Source: Candidatus Bathyarchaeota archaeon | GTDB taxonomy: Archaea > Thermoproteota > Bathyarchaeia > Bathyarchaeales > Bathycorpusculaceae | NCBI GenBank assembly: GCA_963828195.1 | Contig: CAWHDT010000005.1 | Location: forward strand, 256,001 to 320,000 | Length of the DNA: 64,000 nt | Reading direction: 5' to 3' | Made by a program: the position numbers and the translations under genes | The notes under the pieces: model-generated | Seen by the model: the letters and a program-made list of their open reading frames with translations, nothing else | Databases searched by the model: none | Told to the model about the DNA's origin: nothing | Part shown: positions 48,744-58,338 of the stretch, piece after piece | Layout of the letters: the number at the start of each line of letters is the position of its first letter | Numbering within the stretch: the stretch's first letter is position 1

Positions 48744-50048
48744 ATGAGCAAATCAGATAAACCCCACTTAAACATCATCATCATGGGGCACGTTGACGCG
48801 GGAAAATCCACAACAACAGGCCACTTACTTTACTTAGCAGGCGCAATTGACGAAAGAACAATCAAAGCCTTTGAAGAAGAAGCCGAAAAAATGGGCAAAG
48901 GCACCTTCAAATTCGCTTGGGTTCTAGACAACCTCAAAGAAGAACGAGAAAGAGGAGTAACCATCGACCTAAGGTTCCTACAATTCCAAACCAAAAAATA
49001 CAACTTCACAGTCATCGATGCGCCAGGACACAGAGACTTCGTCAAAAACATGATCACAGGCGCAAGCCAAGCAGACGCCGCCATACTCTTCGCCTCAGCC
49101 AAAAAAGGCGAGTTCGAAGCAGGCATCGGCGCAGGTGGACAAACACGAGAGCACGCTTTCTTAGCATTCACTTTAGGTATTCGCCAATTAATTGTTGCAG
49201 TTAACAAAATGGATGATATATCCGTTAATTACAGCAAAGAAAGGTATGAGGAGATAAAAGCAGAAGTTTCAAGAATGCTTCGAATGGTCGGCTTTAAAGT
49301 CGATAAAATCAACTTTATACCCGTTTCAGGCTGGACTGGCGAAAACTTAATCACGAAAACTCCAAAATTACCATGGTACGCTGGTCCAACCTTAATTGAG
49401 GGACTAGATCTGCTGGAAGTACCAGTTAAACCCACCAACAAACCTCTTCGCGTCCCAATTCAAGACGTATACAGCATCACAGGCATCGGCACCGTTCCAG
49501 TCGGCAGAGTTGAAACAGGCGTTCTGAAACCAGGCCAAACCTTAGTTTTCATGCCAAGCAACAAAGTAGGCGAACTCAAATCACTCGAAATGCACCACAC
49601 TGTAATCCCGTTTGCTGAACCAGGCGACAACATCGGCATGAACGTCAGAGGCATCGCAAAAACCGACATACACCGAGGAGACGTAGCAGGAACCACAGAA
49701 AATCCTCCGACAATAGCTAAAGAATTCATCGGCCAAATCATCGTGATTTATCACCCAACCGCAATAGCAGCAGGATACACACCGGTACTCCACTACCACA
49801 CTGGCCAAATCGCATGTCGATTCACCGAACTCATAAAGAAAATCGATCCGCGCACAGGTCAAGTAACTGAAGAACATCCAAGTTTCCTTAAAACAGGCGA
49901 CGCAGCTTGGGTAAGAATGGAACCACTGCATCCGATATCAGTCGAAGCCTACACTGACTTTCCAGAACTAGGACGATTCGCAGTTAGAGACATGGGCACA
50001 ACCGTTGCTGCAGGTGTCATCAAAGAAGTCACTAAAAAGGGACCATAA
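48744..50048 (+). CDS. tuf: Translation elongation factor aEF-1alpha
   Basis: [29 protein letters not shown] and GRFAVRD motifs. Confidence 0.98.
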   Translation: MSKSDKPHLNIIIMGHVDAGKSTTTGHLLYLAGAIDERTIKAFEEEAEKMGKGTFKFAWVLDNLKEERERGVTIDLRFLQFQTKKYNFTVIDAPGHRDFVKNMITGASQADAAILFASAKKGEFEAGIGAGGQTREHAFLAFTLGIRQLIVAVNKMDDISVNYSKERYEEIKAEVSRMLRMVGFKVDKINFIPVSGWTGENLITKTPKLPWYAGPTLIEGLDLLEVPVKPTNKPLRVPIQDVYSITGIGTVPVGRVETGVLKPGQTLVFMPSNKVGELKSLEMHHTVIPFAEPGDNIGMNVRGIAKTDIHRGDVAGTTENPPTIAKEFIGQIIVIYHPTAIAAGYTPVLHYHTGQIACRFTELIKKIDPRTGQVTEEHPSFLKTGDAAWVRMEPLHPISVEAYTDFPELGRFAVRDMGTTVAAGVIKEVTKKGP

Positions 50049-50589
50049 ACCCCCACCATTTTATTTTATTTAATTAATAAACCGTTTCTTTTTAAATTTT
50101 AATCATTGTATTTTAAATATTAATGGTGTAAACTATTCAATTTTTAATTTGTTTCGTTTAATTTTTGAAGGCTTTGTGGTTGTCACGTGACAGTCACAAG
50201 TGCATATATTGAATGGAAGGAGTGGCTTAGCTAAGGTGTGGGTAATGGATTGTCAAAATGAGAAATCCAGCATGCTCTTAAACAAGGATTTGGATGGGGC
50301 TAAAAAGGGATGCTTAAGCCACAAACTTAACCTCGCAATAGCGTTAAAAGATGTGCCGCTTGAAGTTAGGCGCAAAGAAGCAAAAAAACCATTATTCTTA
50401 ATCAGATACGAGTAAACATAATTAACACAGCAACCATTGGTTCGATCAAAAGTTTTCTTCTACATTCTTTTTTTATTGTAAAAGCTGAGTTTTTTAAAAA
50501 CAATTAATTTTATCTTTTTTAATCGCGAGTTTTTGGAAGCGCAACTAAAATAAACACGAGTTTACGGTTACGTAGTGCGAGTTGACTGC

Positions 50590-51315
50590 ATGTCAGGAAC
50601 TGAAACGTTGATTCCATTCATCGGCGACAAAAAACAGAAAGGTGAAGAACCCACTATAATCGTGGATAGTCGAGAGGCAAGCAGTGCAGAGAAGATTGTT
50701 AAAGGTTTGGTTGAGCGGGGAGTTAACGTGAAAACGCAGTTGCTGGATAAAGGCGACTACATCCTTTCTGACCAATGTGCGGTAGAGCGTAAAACCGTTA
50801 ACGATTTTGTTTATACCTTGACGCGGCGTTACCTTTTTGAGCAGCTTTTCGGGCTCAAAGAAGCCTATCCTAAAGCGCTTATCGTTCTTGAGGGATACAT
50901 GCCTATAATCTACAAGTACAGCAACATTCAACCAAGCGCAATTTGGGGCGCCATGTTTAATTTAGCAAAAAACGGCATATCCATAGTGAACACATCATCG
51001 CATAAAGAAACAGTTGATTTCCTCTACACCGCAGCTCGTCAGGAGCAAATCGTTGAGAAAAGAAGCGCCGTGGTGCATGCCTTCAAAAAATGTGAGACGC
51101 TGTCGGATTCGCAGGTGTATTTTGTTGCCAGCTTGCCCAATATTGGGCGGGAAAAGGCAACGGCTATATTGGATTCTTATCAGACGCCGATGAACGCGTT
51201 GATTAGCGTGGATGACTGGTCAAAAGCTGTAGATGGGTTAGGCCCAGTGATAACTAACAAGGTGAAAGAGGTTTTAAGCACCCCCTACAAGGACAAAACA
51301 TGTGTAGAACAGTAG
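50590..51315 (+). CDS. ERCC4/XPF-type endonuclease, short form with HhH2
   Basis: VDSRE, GDY, VERK and LPNIG motifs. Confidence 0.9.
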   Translation: MSGTETLIPFIGDKKQKGEEPTIIVDSREASSAEKIVKGLVERGVNVKTQLLDKGDYILSDQCAVERKTVNDFVYTLTRRYLFEQLFGLKEAYPKALIVLEGYMPIIYKYSNIQPSAIWGAMFNLAKNGISIVNTSSHKETVDFLYTAARQEQIVEKRSAVVHAFKKCETLSDSQVYFVASLPNIGREKATAILDSYQTPMNALISVDDWSKAVDGLGPVITNKVKEVLSTPYKDKTCVEQ

Positions 51316-51382
51316 CTGCGTAGGGGCGGCTTAGCGAAAGGTTAAAAGCTAATTGAGCGACACTATCGAATCAGCGGTGGGT

Positions 51383-51935
51383 ATGGACAAAGTAAAGATA
51401 GCATTAACAGTCCTTTCAATTTTAATTATAGTTGTTCCCCTTGCAATCGTGGCTTATGAATACCGAAATAACGTAGATGCGCTAGTTGTTCCTCCCGAAA
51501 TTCAGAGCCTGGAGAACGGTGGCAACTCCAACTTCTACAGGATCAATATCTGAGCAGCCGCAGTTTCAAGCACCTCAGCTTGAGAGCCAACAATATAATG
51601 CCCAAACGGGAGCGTTTGCAGTTTCCTTCAACTTCACTAATCCCTTAACAAATCCAGTTTCAATTGACAGCCTCTCAGCAGAAGTAGTGTCAGCAGACGA
51701 CGCCGCCTTAGGAAACATATCACTAGATCAGCCGATCCAGATTACGCCCGGTGAAACTTCCACCATTAACGTTTCTGGAATGCTGGATCAAAACGCAATA
51801 AGCCAGTTTGAAGCCCAAAATCCCGGGGTCAGCGGCATCAACATTTCCCTTGCAAACCTGAACATCAACGTCGCAGGCATCAACGTGCATATGGACCAGG
51901 TAAGTGATGCGGGGCAGATTCAGCTTCCAGGGTGA
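51383..51935 (+). pseudogene. Membrane-anchored LEA_2-like protein split by a frameshift near 51520
   Basis: TM half (MDKVKIALTV...) and beta-rich half (FTNP...I.PGET) lie in overlapping different frames. Confidence 0.7.
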
Positions 51936-52558
51936 ACATGATGGGTCGAAGCATAAACTGGTTTGGGTTGGCGGCTGGAATCACCACTTTAATCGTGCTT
52001 CCTATCTCCCTTTATTTTCCGTGGTGGCAGTTGACAATCGGGCAAAACCTAGTAAAGATTAACTCGTCCCCAATGAACACGAATTTCGCGTTGTTCGGCG
52101 GAGCCCAATTTACAGTGCCGCTGATTTGGGCGATGAACCTTATAAGCATCTTAACCTTCACCGCAGCCGGCATAATAATGCTGATTTACTCAATTAACCC
52201 CACAAAATCCTACTCTAAACAACTGCTTGGCTTCTCATACAAGAAACCTTTGTATGCAGTGGTCTCTTTTGCAGTGGGCATAGTCGCGATCGTGTTAGTC
52301 ACTGGATTCCTCGGAATGAACATACCTCTTATCGGCTCAAAAACTGTTGTTCTGCCAACGCAACTTGTCTCCAATGACCTAAGCATCACCGCTTCAGTTT
52401 CATCCGGCTTTCAATTCCCCTTCTACATTGCAATAGCAGCCGCCGCCCTCTGCATAGTGGCAAGACTGTACCATAGAAACCTCGCCAAAGCTCTCCTGAA
52501 AACACCTGAAACATTAATGCCGTCGCCCGAAACCTCAGCAGCCCCCGCTTCAGCTTAA
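51932..52558 (+). CDS. Four-TM membrane protein
   Basis: PWW motif and hydrophobic helices; coupled to the upstream gene. Confidence 0.75.
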   Translation: MNMMGRSINWFGLAAGITTLIVLPISLYFPWWQLTIGQNLVKINSSPMNTNFALFGGAQFTVPLIWAMNLISILTFTAAGIIMLIYSINPTKSYSKQLLGFSYKKPLYAVVSFAVGIVAIVLVTGFLGMNIPLIGSKTVVLPTQLVSNDLSITASVSSGFQFPFYIAIAAAALCIVARLYHRNLAKALLKTPETLMPSPETSAAPASA

Positions 52559-52635
52559 GCCATTTTGTGTTGGTTTTTTGACAAATACTGTGAAGGTCTA
52601 TGGGCAGCGGGTTTCTGAGCGGGCTTGCTTTGGGT

Positions 52636-52900
52636 TGGCTTTTTGCGGCTGAATTTTGCTGTAAATTTTAATTTTGAAAGAACAACAACACTTTGGAAAC
52701 AACTGTTGTTCTTCTGGGCAATATTTATTTTTAAAAGAAGAAGAAGCTGGTGAAAACAATTTTTCTTCTTCTTCTGCCTGGCATATTTGTGGCAGTTTTT
52801 GGCACAAATAGTAGGCAGGTCTATATGTAGACGCAGTTTGGGTCAGGGCTTGTTTCATGTCGGTTTTATGGTTTAGACCATAAATTAAGCTTAAACCTAA
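52636..52900 (+). repeat. Dispersed ~300-bp double-hairpin repeat, copy D
   Basis: AGAACAACA-loop-TGTTGTTCT and AAGAAGAAG-loop-CTTCTTCTT; homologous to copies B and C. Confidence 0.85.
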
Positions 52901-53230
52901 CTTGTTTCCCACTGTAAAAACGAGGAAAACGCGTAAGAAACAGGTATAAACCTATTCATACCTGACTGAATGGCATCCGTCAAATGCGACAGCTCACCCA
53001 ATGCAGGGCTTGTCTTGGGTTGCTTTTTGATTTAGCGTTTGAAACAAGGTTAACTTATTTTGGAGAAAAAAAGGAAACTTGGCAAATCAACCCAATGCGC
53101 CTAATAGCCGCATCTACAAGATCCAAATAGAGACAAGCTCCAGCACAAATATTCAAGCCGCCACCGCTAAAGTTTAAAGGCTAAACCCACATTATTCTAT
53201 GAACCCGCAAAAAACCAAGCCAAAATTCAA

Positions 53231-53308
53231 GGGGCTGTCGGCTAGCTTGGTCTAGGCTTGTAGCCTCGGGCGTTATAGACGAGAGTTCAAATCTCTCCAG
53301 CCCCACCA
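53231..53308 (+). tRNA. tRNA-Pro (CGG), intronless, CCA encoded
   Basis: Acceptor GGGGCTG/CAGCCCC; D loop AGCTTGGTCTA; anticodon loop CT-CGG-GC; T arm GAGAG-TTCAAAT-CTCTC. Confidence 0.93.
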
Positions 53309-53782
53309 ACTTTAAGGTTCTGAACCGTTTCAGGTTCAAGTATCAGCGGTTTTACTTTGTCCTTACAAGATATGAAAGAAATGAATTCAATATATAGTGC
53401 TCTCTAAAGAAGCCTAAGCTGGACGTTTCAGCTTTAACTTCGCCGCCTAATGGAGAAGTGCGTGGACATTTTTCTCTTTTATCTCTGCTTCCATTCCTTT
53501 TTTCCTTTGTTTTTCGTTTGGTTTTGTTTTTTCTCATTGTCCGGTTTGTTTTTAGTTTTGCTTTTTATTTTTGATAACCCTCCTTCATTATTAGACTGCC
53601 TGCGCTCCTTATCCGTGTTGCCTTCGTAGCTTCAAACCTTGACATAAACTTACAAAAAACAACTCATTAGCAAGTCCTAGACGTGGGGTCCTGAATGAAT
53701 CAGGCTTACCTAAGCAGAGAAGAGGATAAATATTTGCTGCTTCTGTTGAAAATCATAAAAAAGACGGAAAAATCAAAGAAAA

Positions 53783-54757
53783 CTAAGAACAAACTTTTTT
53801 ATCGGGCGTTTCGAGGTGCAGCTTCTTGGCTAGGTCCTTGTATCTGTTTCTAACTGTAACTTCGGTTACACCAGCTGCCTCGGCGATGTCTTTTTGTGTT
53901 TCTTTTTCAGTGTTCTGCAAGCATGCGATATAGAGTGCGGCGGCAGCTAAACCCATAGGGTCTTTTCCTGCTGAAACTCGTTTTTGCCTAGCTAACCTGA
54001 GTATTGCTATGGCTGCGCCCTGTGTTCTGCCAGATATTCCAGTTTTTTCTGCAATTTTTGAAACGTATGTCAACGGGTCAGAAATTGGCATGTGAAAATC
54101 AAGTTCTTTTAGCAGAAGTCGATAGCATCTTGCAACATCTTTCTTATCAACAAGACTAGCTTCGGAGATTTCGCTAAGGGTTCGGGGGGATCCACTTTTG
54201 CGGCAAGCAGCATAGAGTGACGCTGCGGCGATGGCGTTGATTGACCTGCCACGGACTAAGCCTTTGTCGAGTGCTTTTCTGTAAACGACGGCGGCTTTTT
54301 CTCTTACTGGCGGTGAGGCGGAAACTTTGCTTGATAAACGCTCAAGTTCAGCCATTGCTTGGGCCAGGTTCCGATCAATAGATGAGTGCACCCGACTGCG
54401 TATTTGCCATTTCCTAAGACGCCACATCTGTAACCTAGTGGATAAGGGTAGTTTTCTTCCAAACGCATCTCGGTCAACTTGGCTGATGGCTGTGGACAAG
54501 CCTTTATCATGAATTGAATATGATGTGGGCATGCCAACGCGGCTTCTTGAGGTTTTCTCTTCCGCGGTAAAAGCGCGCCACTCTGGACCCTTATCCATCA
54601 TTTGCTCATACAAAACAAGGCCGCAGTCACCGCAGATTGTTTCGCCCGAGTCGTAGTCGTGAACTAGATTTTTGCTTGCACATTCAGGGCACTTATCAAC
54701 CAAGTGCTGATTAGTTTTTGGTACCTCTTCAGATACACCAATTTGGGTTGTACTCAT
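53783..54757 (-). CDS. tfb: Transcription initiation factor IIB
   Basis: CPEC/CGDCG zinc ribbon, GPEWRAF, LRKWQ.R, GRS and VTEVTVRNRY motifs; start could be a few codons upstream. Confidence 0.96.
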   Translation of the reverse strand: MSTTQIGVSEEVPKTNQHLVDKCPECASKNLVHDYDSGETICGDCGLVLYEQMMDKGPEWRAFTAEEKTSRSRVGMPTSYSIHDKGLSTAISQVDRDAFGRKLPLSTRLQMWRLRKWQIRSRVHSSIDRNLAQAMAELERLSSKVSASPPVREKAAVVYRKALDKGLVRGRSINAIAAASLYAACRKSGSPRTLSEISEASLVDKKDVARCYRLLLKELDFHMPISDPLTYVSKIAEKTGISGRTQGAAIAILRLARQKRVSAGKDPMGLAAAALYIACLQNTEKETQKDIAEAAGVTEVTVRNRYKDLAKKLHLETPDKKVCS

Positions 54758-54831
54758 ATTTTCTAACTCCATCAAACTATTAATTTTGTGAACATTCTCG
54801 ATTTTTTTCGGAGCGCGCAACAATTATGTTG

Positions 54832-54954
54832 AGCCTGCGGGGGCAATTTTGCAAAGGGATCTTTCCAGATAGATTGCCCCTAACCCTCATACGAGGATGT
54901 TCCAGGCTAACTGGCTTGCCCTTGCCTTTCATGCAGCGTCTTATAATGCAGTTA
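54832..54954 (-). ncRNA. Candidate structured 5' leader RNA upstream of tfb
   Basis: Nested helices AGCCTG/CAGGCT, GGGGCAAT/ATTGCCCC, ATCT-GGAA-AGAT and CCTC-GTAT-GAGG. Confidence 0.45.
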
Positions 54955-54975
54955 TCAGTATTTGAGGACGCGACT

Positions 54976-55119
54976 TTATGGTTTGGTATTGATCCAAGTT
55001 CTTACTGCTTCTTGGACAGCTTTAGATAAGTCGCCTTTTTTGCCGCCGAATTGCTCCACAGTTTTCAATCTTAGCTGTTTTTCTAATTCATCTGAGATGT
55101 CAACGTTTATGCGACCCAT
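54976..55119 (-). CDS. Small ribbon-helix-helix protein, 47 aa, not in ORF track
   Basis: MGRINVDISDELEKQLRLKTVEQFGGKKGDLSKAVQEAVRTWINTKP. Confidence 0.8.
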   Translation of the reverse strand: MGRINVDISDELEKQLRLKTVEQFGGKKGDLSKAVQEAVRTWINTKP

Positions 55120-55801
55120 TTTACTCACTTGTCTTTATTTTTGAAATAAGCGAATTTTTAATAATTGCTGGTTTTTTTAACATTTTTTGTTTGCTTTGAG
55201 GTTGCTTATTTATATAAGCACAAATGAACATACACGCTTATAAGTATATGTGTTTAAGTGTGTAAATGTGATGGACTATTGCACACTTTGGCTTGCGGTA
55301 AGTAAATGATTAGAAAAAAAGAAAGAGATGAAACTGCAAAAACGAAAAGACCATAGCCCGCATGTCACCACCAAACCCCGCTTCTGGAGGATAATTCTTA
55401 ACTTTGTTGTCGGTTGAGTTGCCCACTGCTTTTTAGCCCGGTTTCATTTGAGACCAGAAGCTATTCCTTTTTTAATTTGAAAAATTTTTAAATTAAAGGG
55501 TTCACGGATCTCCAGCCCCCATAAAGCCTTTGCTCTGAACAACGTTGCATTTTCAGTAATTATGTCGGGGAATAAAAGAGAGTGGCCAAGGAAACAAACG
55601 AAGACGTCTGGAAAGATTGCACTGGCTTTCTACCTGAGGCTTTGGAAAGTTGCCATCTTCTCTTCGCTCTGATTCCAGAGATGAGGTCAAACGGCTTTGC
55701 GATGGTTCCTAACTTGAAAGGCAGGTAATGACCCCGGGAGTTTTGCAAAGAGACAAATGAAGAGAAATAAATTGAAAATAAGAAAGAAAAATTGGGTTGG
55801 T

Positions 55802-56035
55802 TTATTGTACCGCTTGCACTTTTTGTATTTCAGGGATTTTCTCTTTTAGTAGCGCTTCTATGCCGTTTTTAAGTGTCATCGCTGACATGGGGCAGCCTGC
55901 GCAGTGTCCGGTCAAGCGGACTTTCACAGTTTGCTTTTCAACTGCTACTAGTTCTACGTCTCCGCCGTCCATTTGAATTTGTGGTCTTATTTCGTCAAGG
56001 ACCGCTTGAACTCTTTTTTCGATTGAATCAGCCAT
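55802..56035 (-). CDS. NifU/Nfu-type Fe-S scaffold domain protein
   Basis: IRP..QMDGGDVEL, G.CAGCP.S.MTLK.GIE motifs. Confidence 0.92.
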   Translation of the reverse strand: MADSIEKRVQAVLDEIRPQIQMDGGDVELVAVEKQTVKVRLTGHCAGCPMSAMTLKNGIEALLKEKIPEIQKVQAVQ

Positions 56036-56126
56036 TTTAAACTTCACTTACCCCATTGAAAAGGGGTTTAATGATTAAAAAGTTCCGATGCGCCACAGAA
56101 ATTTTTGTTAAAAAATTTTGAACAAT

Positions 56127-56453
56127 CTATAGGATGCCCAGCATTGCTGCAACTGCAACACCGATTGAAGCTGCGCAAACCAGAATCATCAGCCCCTTTG
56201 ATTTGAAGAAGCTTTTTGTTTCTTCTTGACCCTCTTGGAACTCGTACTCTTTAATCTCTTTTGTTGCCGAGTTTATCTGCACTTTCGCCGTAGTTTTCTG
56301 AAACATCATCTCTACAACGTACAGTTCCCCGTCAAGCGAAACTTTCATCGGCAGCCAGTTCCCTTTGTAACCTAGCCGCTTCAGGAAATCAGCTGTCATA
56401 GCTGTTGCATTTTCAGCGTCGAACCGTGAAACCACTGTTGTTTCAGTAGACAT
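56127..56453 (-). CDS. Hypothetical tail-anchored protein
   Basis: Open frame with a C-terminal TM helix. Confidence 0.7.
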   Translation of the reverse strand: MSTETTVVSRFDAENATAMTADFLKRLGYKGNWLPMKVSLDGELYVVEMMFQKTTAKVQINSATKEIKEYEFQEGQEETKSFFKSKGLMILVCAASIGVAVAAMLGIL

Positions 56454-56585
56454 GAATCTTCTCTGAGACAGAACATGGCGCTACACCATTTTAGGATTTA
56501 TGAAGCATAAAACAATATTTCAAATCCACATGGCTCGCCGCTTGGAAAAAAGCATCCGTTTTGCCCTTTGCAAAGAAAAAAGAGG

Positions 56586-56801
56586 TTACGGCATCGGTGT
56601 ACTTGGCAGTTGAGTTATGGTTCCGTTGATTGATTCAGTTTGGTTTAGAAGGTTGTTTGTCATGGTTTTGAGTTGGTCAAGTGCGGGAATATTGTTGGTG
56701 TTAAGTGCCTGCTCTGCCGTGCTCACGGCGTAGCTGATAACTACGCAAGAAAGCACCACAGCTGCCGTTATCAAAAGCAAAGTAGCTACTGCTGTCTCCA
56801 A
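56586..56801 (-). CDS. Small protein with pilin/archaellin-like hydrophobic N-terminal helix
   Basis: ETAVATLLLITAAVVL pattern; GAGGA-type SD upstream. Confidence 0.6.
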   Translation of the reverse strand: METAVATLLLITAAVVLSCVVISYAVSTAEQALNTNNIPALDQLKTMTNNLLNQTESINGTITQLPSTPMP

Positions 56802-56977
56802 AGTTCTTCTCCTTCCTCAAACCTACTTTGCCGAAAAATCAATTTAAAAGGTGTTCTTTTTTCCAGATTATTCCTATTTTGGATATATATCAAGAATTGC
56901 AATAAGCGACTAACTGGTCAACTGTGGTTTTCCCCCTTAACTGCTTCTAGGCACCTCAAACCTTTCAGTTTAACCTT

Positions 56978-57499
56978 CTATTTGCTTGACGCCTGTTTTT
57001 CTGCAGGTGGCGTAGTCGAGGACGCAGGAGCCGCCGTTGGCGCTGTTTCAGGTTTTTCTGTGGGCGCTTGGTTTTGGGGAGCGCTTGACAGTATCTGTAT
57101 TTTTTCCGCCATTGGATGTAGAAGGTCAGGCGGGGGATAGGGCGTGTTTAGGTTTGATGACAGAATGTAGATTGAGTTGAAAACGTGCTGGTAGATGGTG
57201 AAGAGAATTTGGGGAATTTTTGTTTTAGGGTTAACTTCCAATTTTTTCTTGATGTCATCAGCTTTTCCCATCAGGGTGACTGTGCCAGTGGTGTTGTATT
57301 TTACCACGTTTGGCTTGGTTGAAATCGCCAATGCAAAGCTAAGTGTCACTTCGTTTGTGCCTTTTTTTTGTTCTTCCAGCTTCGCGTTTACGTCAAAAAA
57401 CAATTCATCTTTGGAGAGGTATTCGCCAGTTCGTTCAGCCTGTAAACTATTAAGAGTGATGGAAACTATGACTCCCGAGACAGAATACTGTGGGTTTAC
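56978..57499 (-). CDS. Hypothetical protein, possibly SecB-like fold; non-canonical start
   Basis: Frame is open upstream of TTG 57403 to a GAGGA SD followed by GTA at 57499. Confidence 0.65.
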   Translation of the reverse strand, partial: VNPQYSVSGVIVSITLNSLQAERTGEYLSKDELFFDVNAKLEEQKKGTNEVTLSFALAISTKPNVVKYNTTGTVTLMGKADDIKKKLEVNPKTKIPQILFTIYQHVFNSIYILSSNLNTPYPPPDLLHPMAEKIQILSSAPQNQAPTEKPETAPTAAPASSTTPPAEKQASSK

Positions 57500-57593
57500 G
57501 ACTGATTCCTCTCTACATCATTTCTGCGATTTTAATATTTAACTTTGCTTATAGCTAGCGCGCTAACCACCCTTGCAATCGATAAGCTCCCGC

Positions 57594-58238
57594 TTACGGT
57601 TGGTCGGAGCTGTAGAATGCTGGCACCGAAAGTTCCCCTATGAACTTGAAAGTTTCATCTCCCTTAGAGTTTGCTTTAGGTTTAAGCACGATTTTTTTAG
57701 GGATGTCTTCTTCAATGTAAACTATGTAGCTGACGGTTGTTCCTAACCCTAAGCGGGCAAGCTGCTGAACGGTCGTCTTAAACTTTTCATTTTCCTGAAT
57801 TTTCTTGTTTATTTTTTCAATTGCCTCAAACAGAATTTCTGTCTGGCCTTGCTCGGTGAATGAAATTGCAATGTCGCCTGATTGAACCCAGTTTGATGTT
57901 TCTTCTTTTCCTTTCGCTCCCTTTTTACCCTTATCTGTTGGCTCCACTGGCTTCTTTGATTGGCTGCGCAGGGTCTTTTGGAGGGCAGCTGATTTCTGGT
58001 ACCATTCTTCGGTTTTGTGGGCGCCTTCAAAGTCCCTGAGTAACGTGCCCAGCCACTGACTATAATCTTCAAACAATGCTTTGTACTGGAGCGTTTGGTT
58101 TGCCAAAAACTCTGTAAGATCCTTAAGTGATGTAAATGTGCGTATCTCTGTTCCCGTTTTTTCCACTTCCTTTTCCAGTTTCCCTTGGGATTTAGATGTA
58201 TTAGTACGGTTAGTTTTTGGATAATAGGATTTGTCCAT
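57594..58238 (-). CDS. Hypothetical coiled-coil protein
   Basis: Long ORF with typical codon usage. Confidence 0.75.
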   Translation of the reverse strand: MDKSYYPKTNRTNTSKSQGKLEKEVEKTGTEIRTFTSLKDLTEFLANQTLQYKALFEDYSQWLGTLLRDFEGAHKTEEWYQKSAALQKTLRSQSKKPVEPTDKGKKGAKGKEETSNWVQSGDIAISFTEQGQTEILFEAIEKINKKIQENEKFKTTVQQLARLGLGTTVSYIVYIEEDIPKKIVLKPKANSKGDETFKFIGELSVPAFYSSDQP

Positions 58239-58338
58239 TGTAGAAATTACATACTTTTCAAGGTGTACCACAAAATCTAAGGCGGTTTAGCAAAGTTTCA
58301 GCAATCCTTTGGCAGCCTTACTTCTGCCGATTATATGC

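Noticed and set aside
48151-48811. Track ORFs in the region upstream of tuf
   Set aside because: Low-complexity translations of strand-skewed repeat DNA with no recognisable motifs.
50059-50199. Chromosomal replication origin
   Set aside because: AT-rich, but no ORB-type repeats and no cdc6/orc1 gene nearby.
50200-50415. 71-aa ORF between tuf and the ERCC4 gene
   Set aside because: No recognisable motif and not rps10; probably spurious.
53352-53537. 61-aa basic ORF and two small hairpins downstream of tRNA-Pro
   Set aside because: The ORF derives from a T-rich tract, and the hairpins alone are not enough to call an sRNA.
54819-55740. RNase P RNA, SRP RNA or cobalamin riboswitch
   Set aside because: The conserved signatures (GAGGAAAGTCC, SRP helix 8, B12 box) were not found on either strand.
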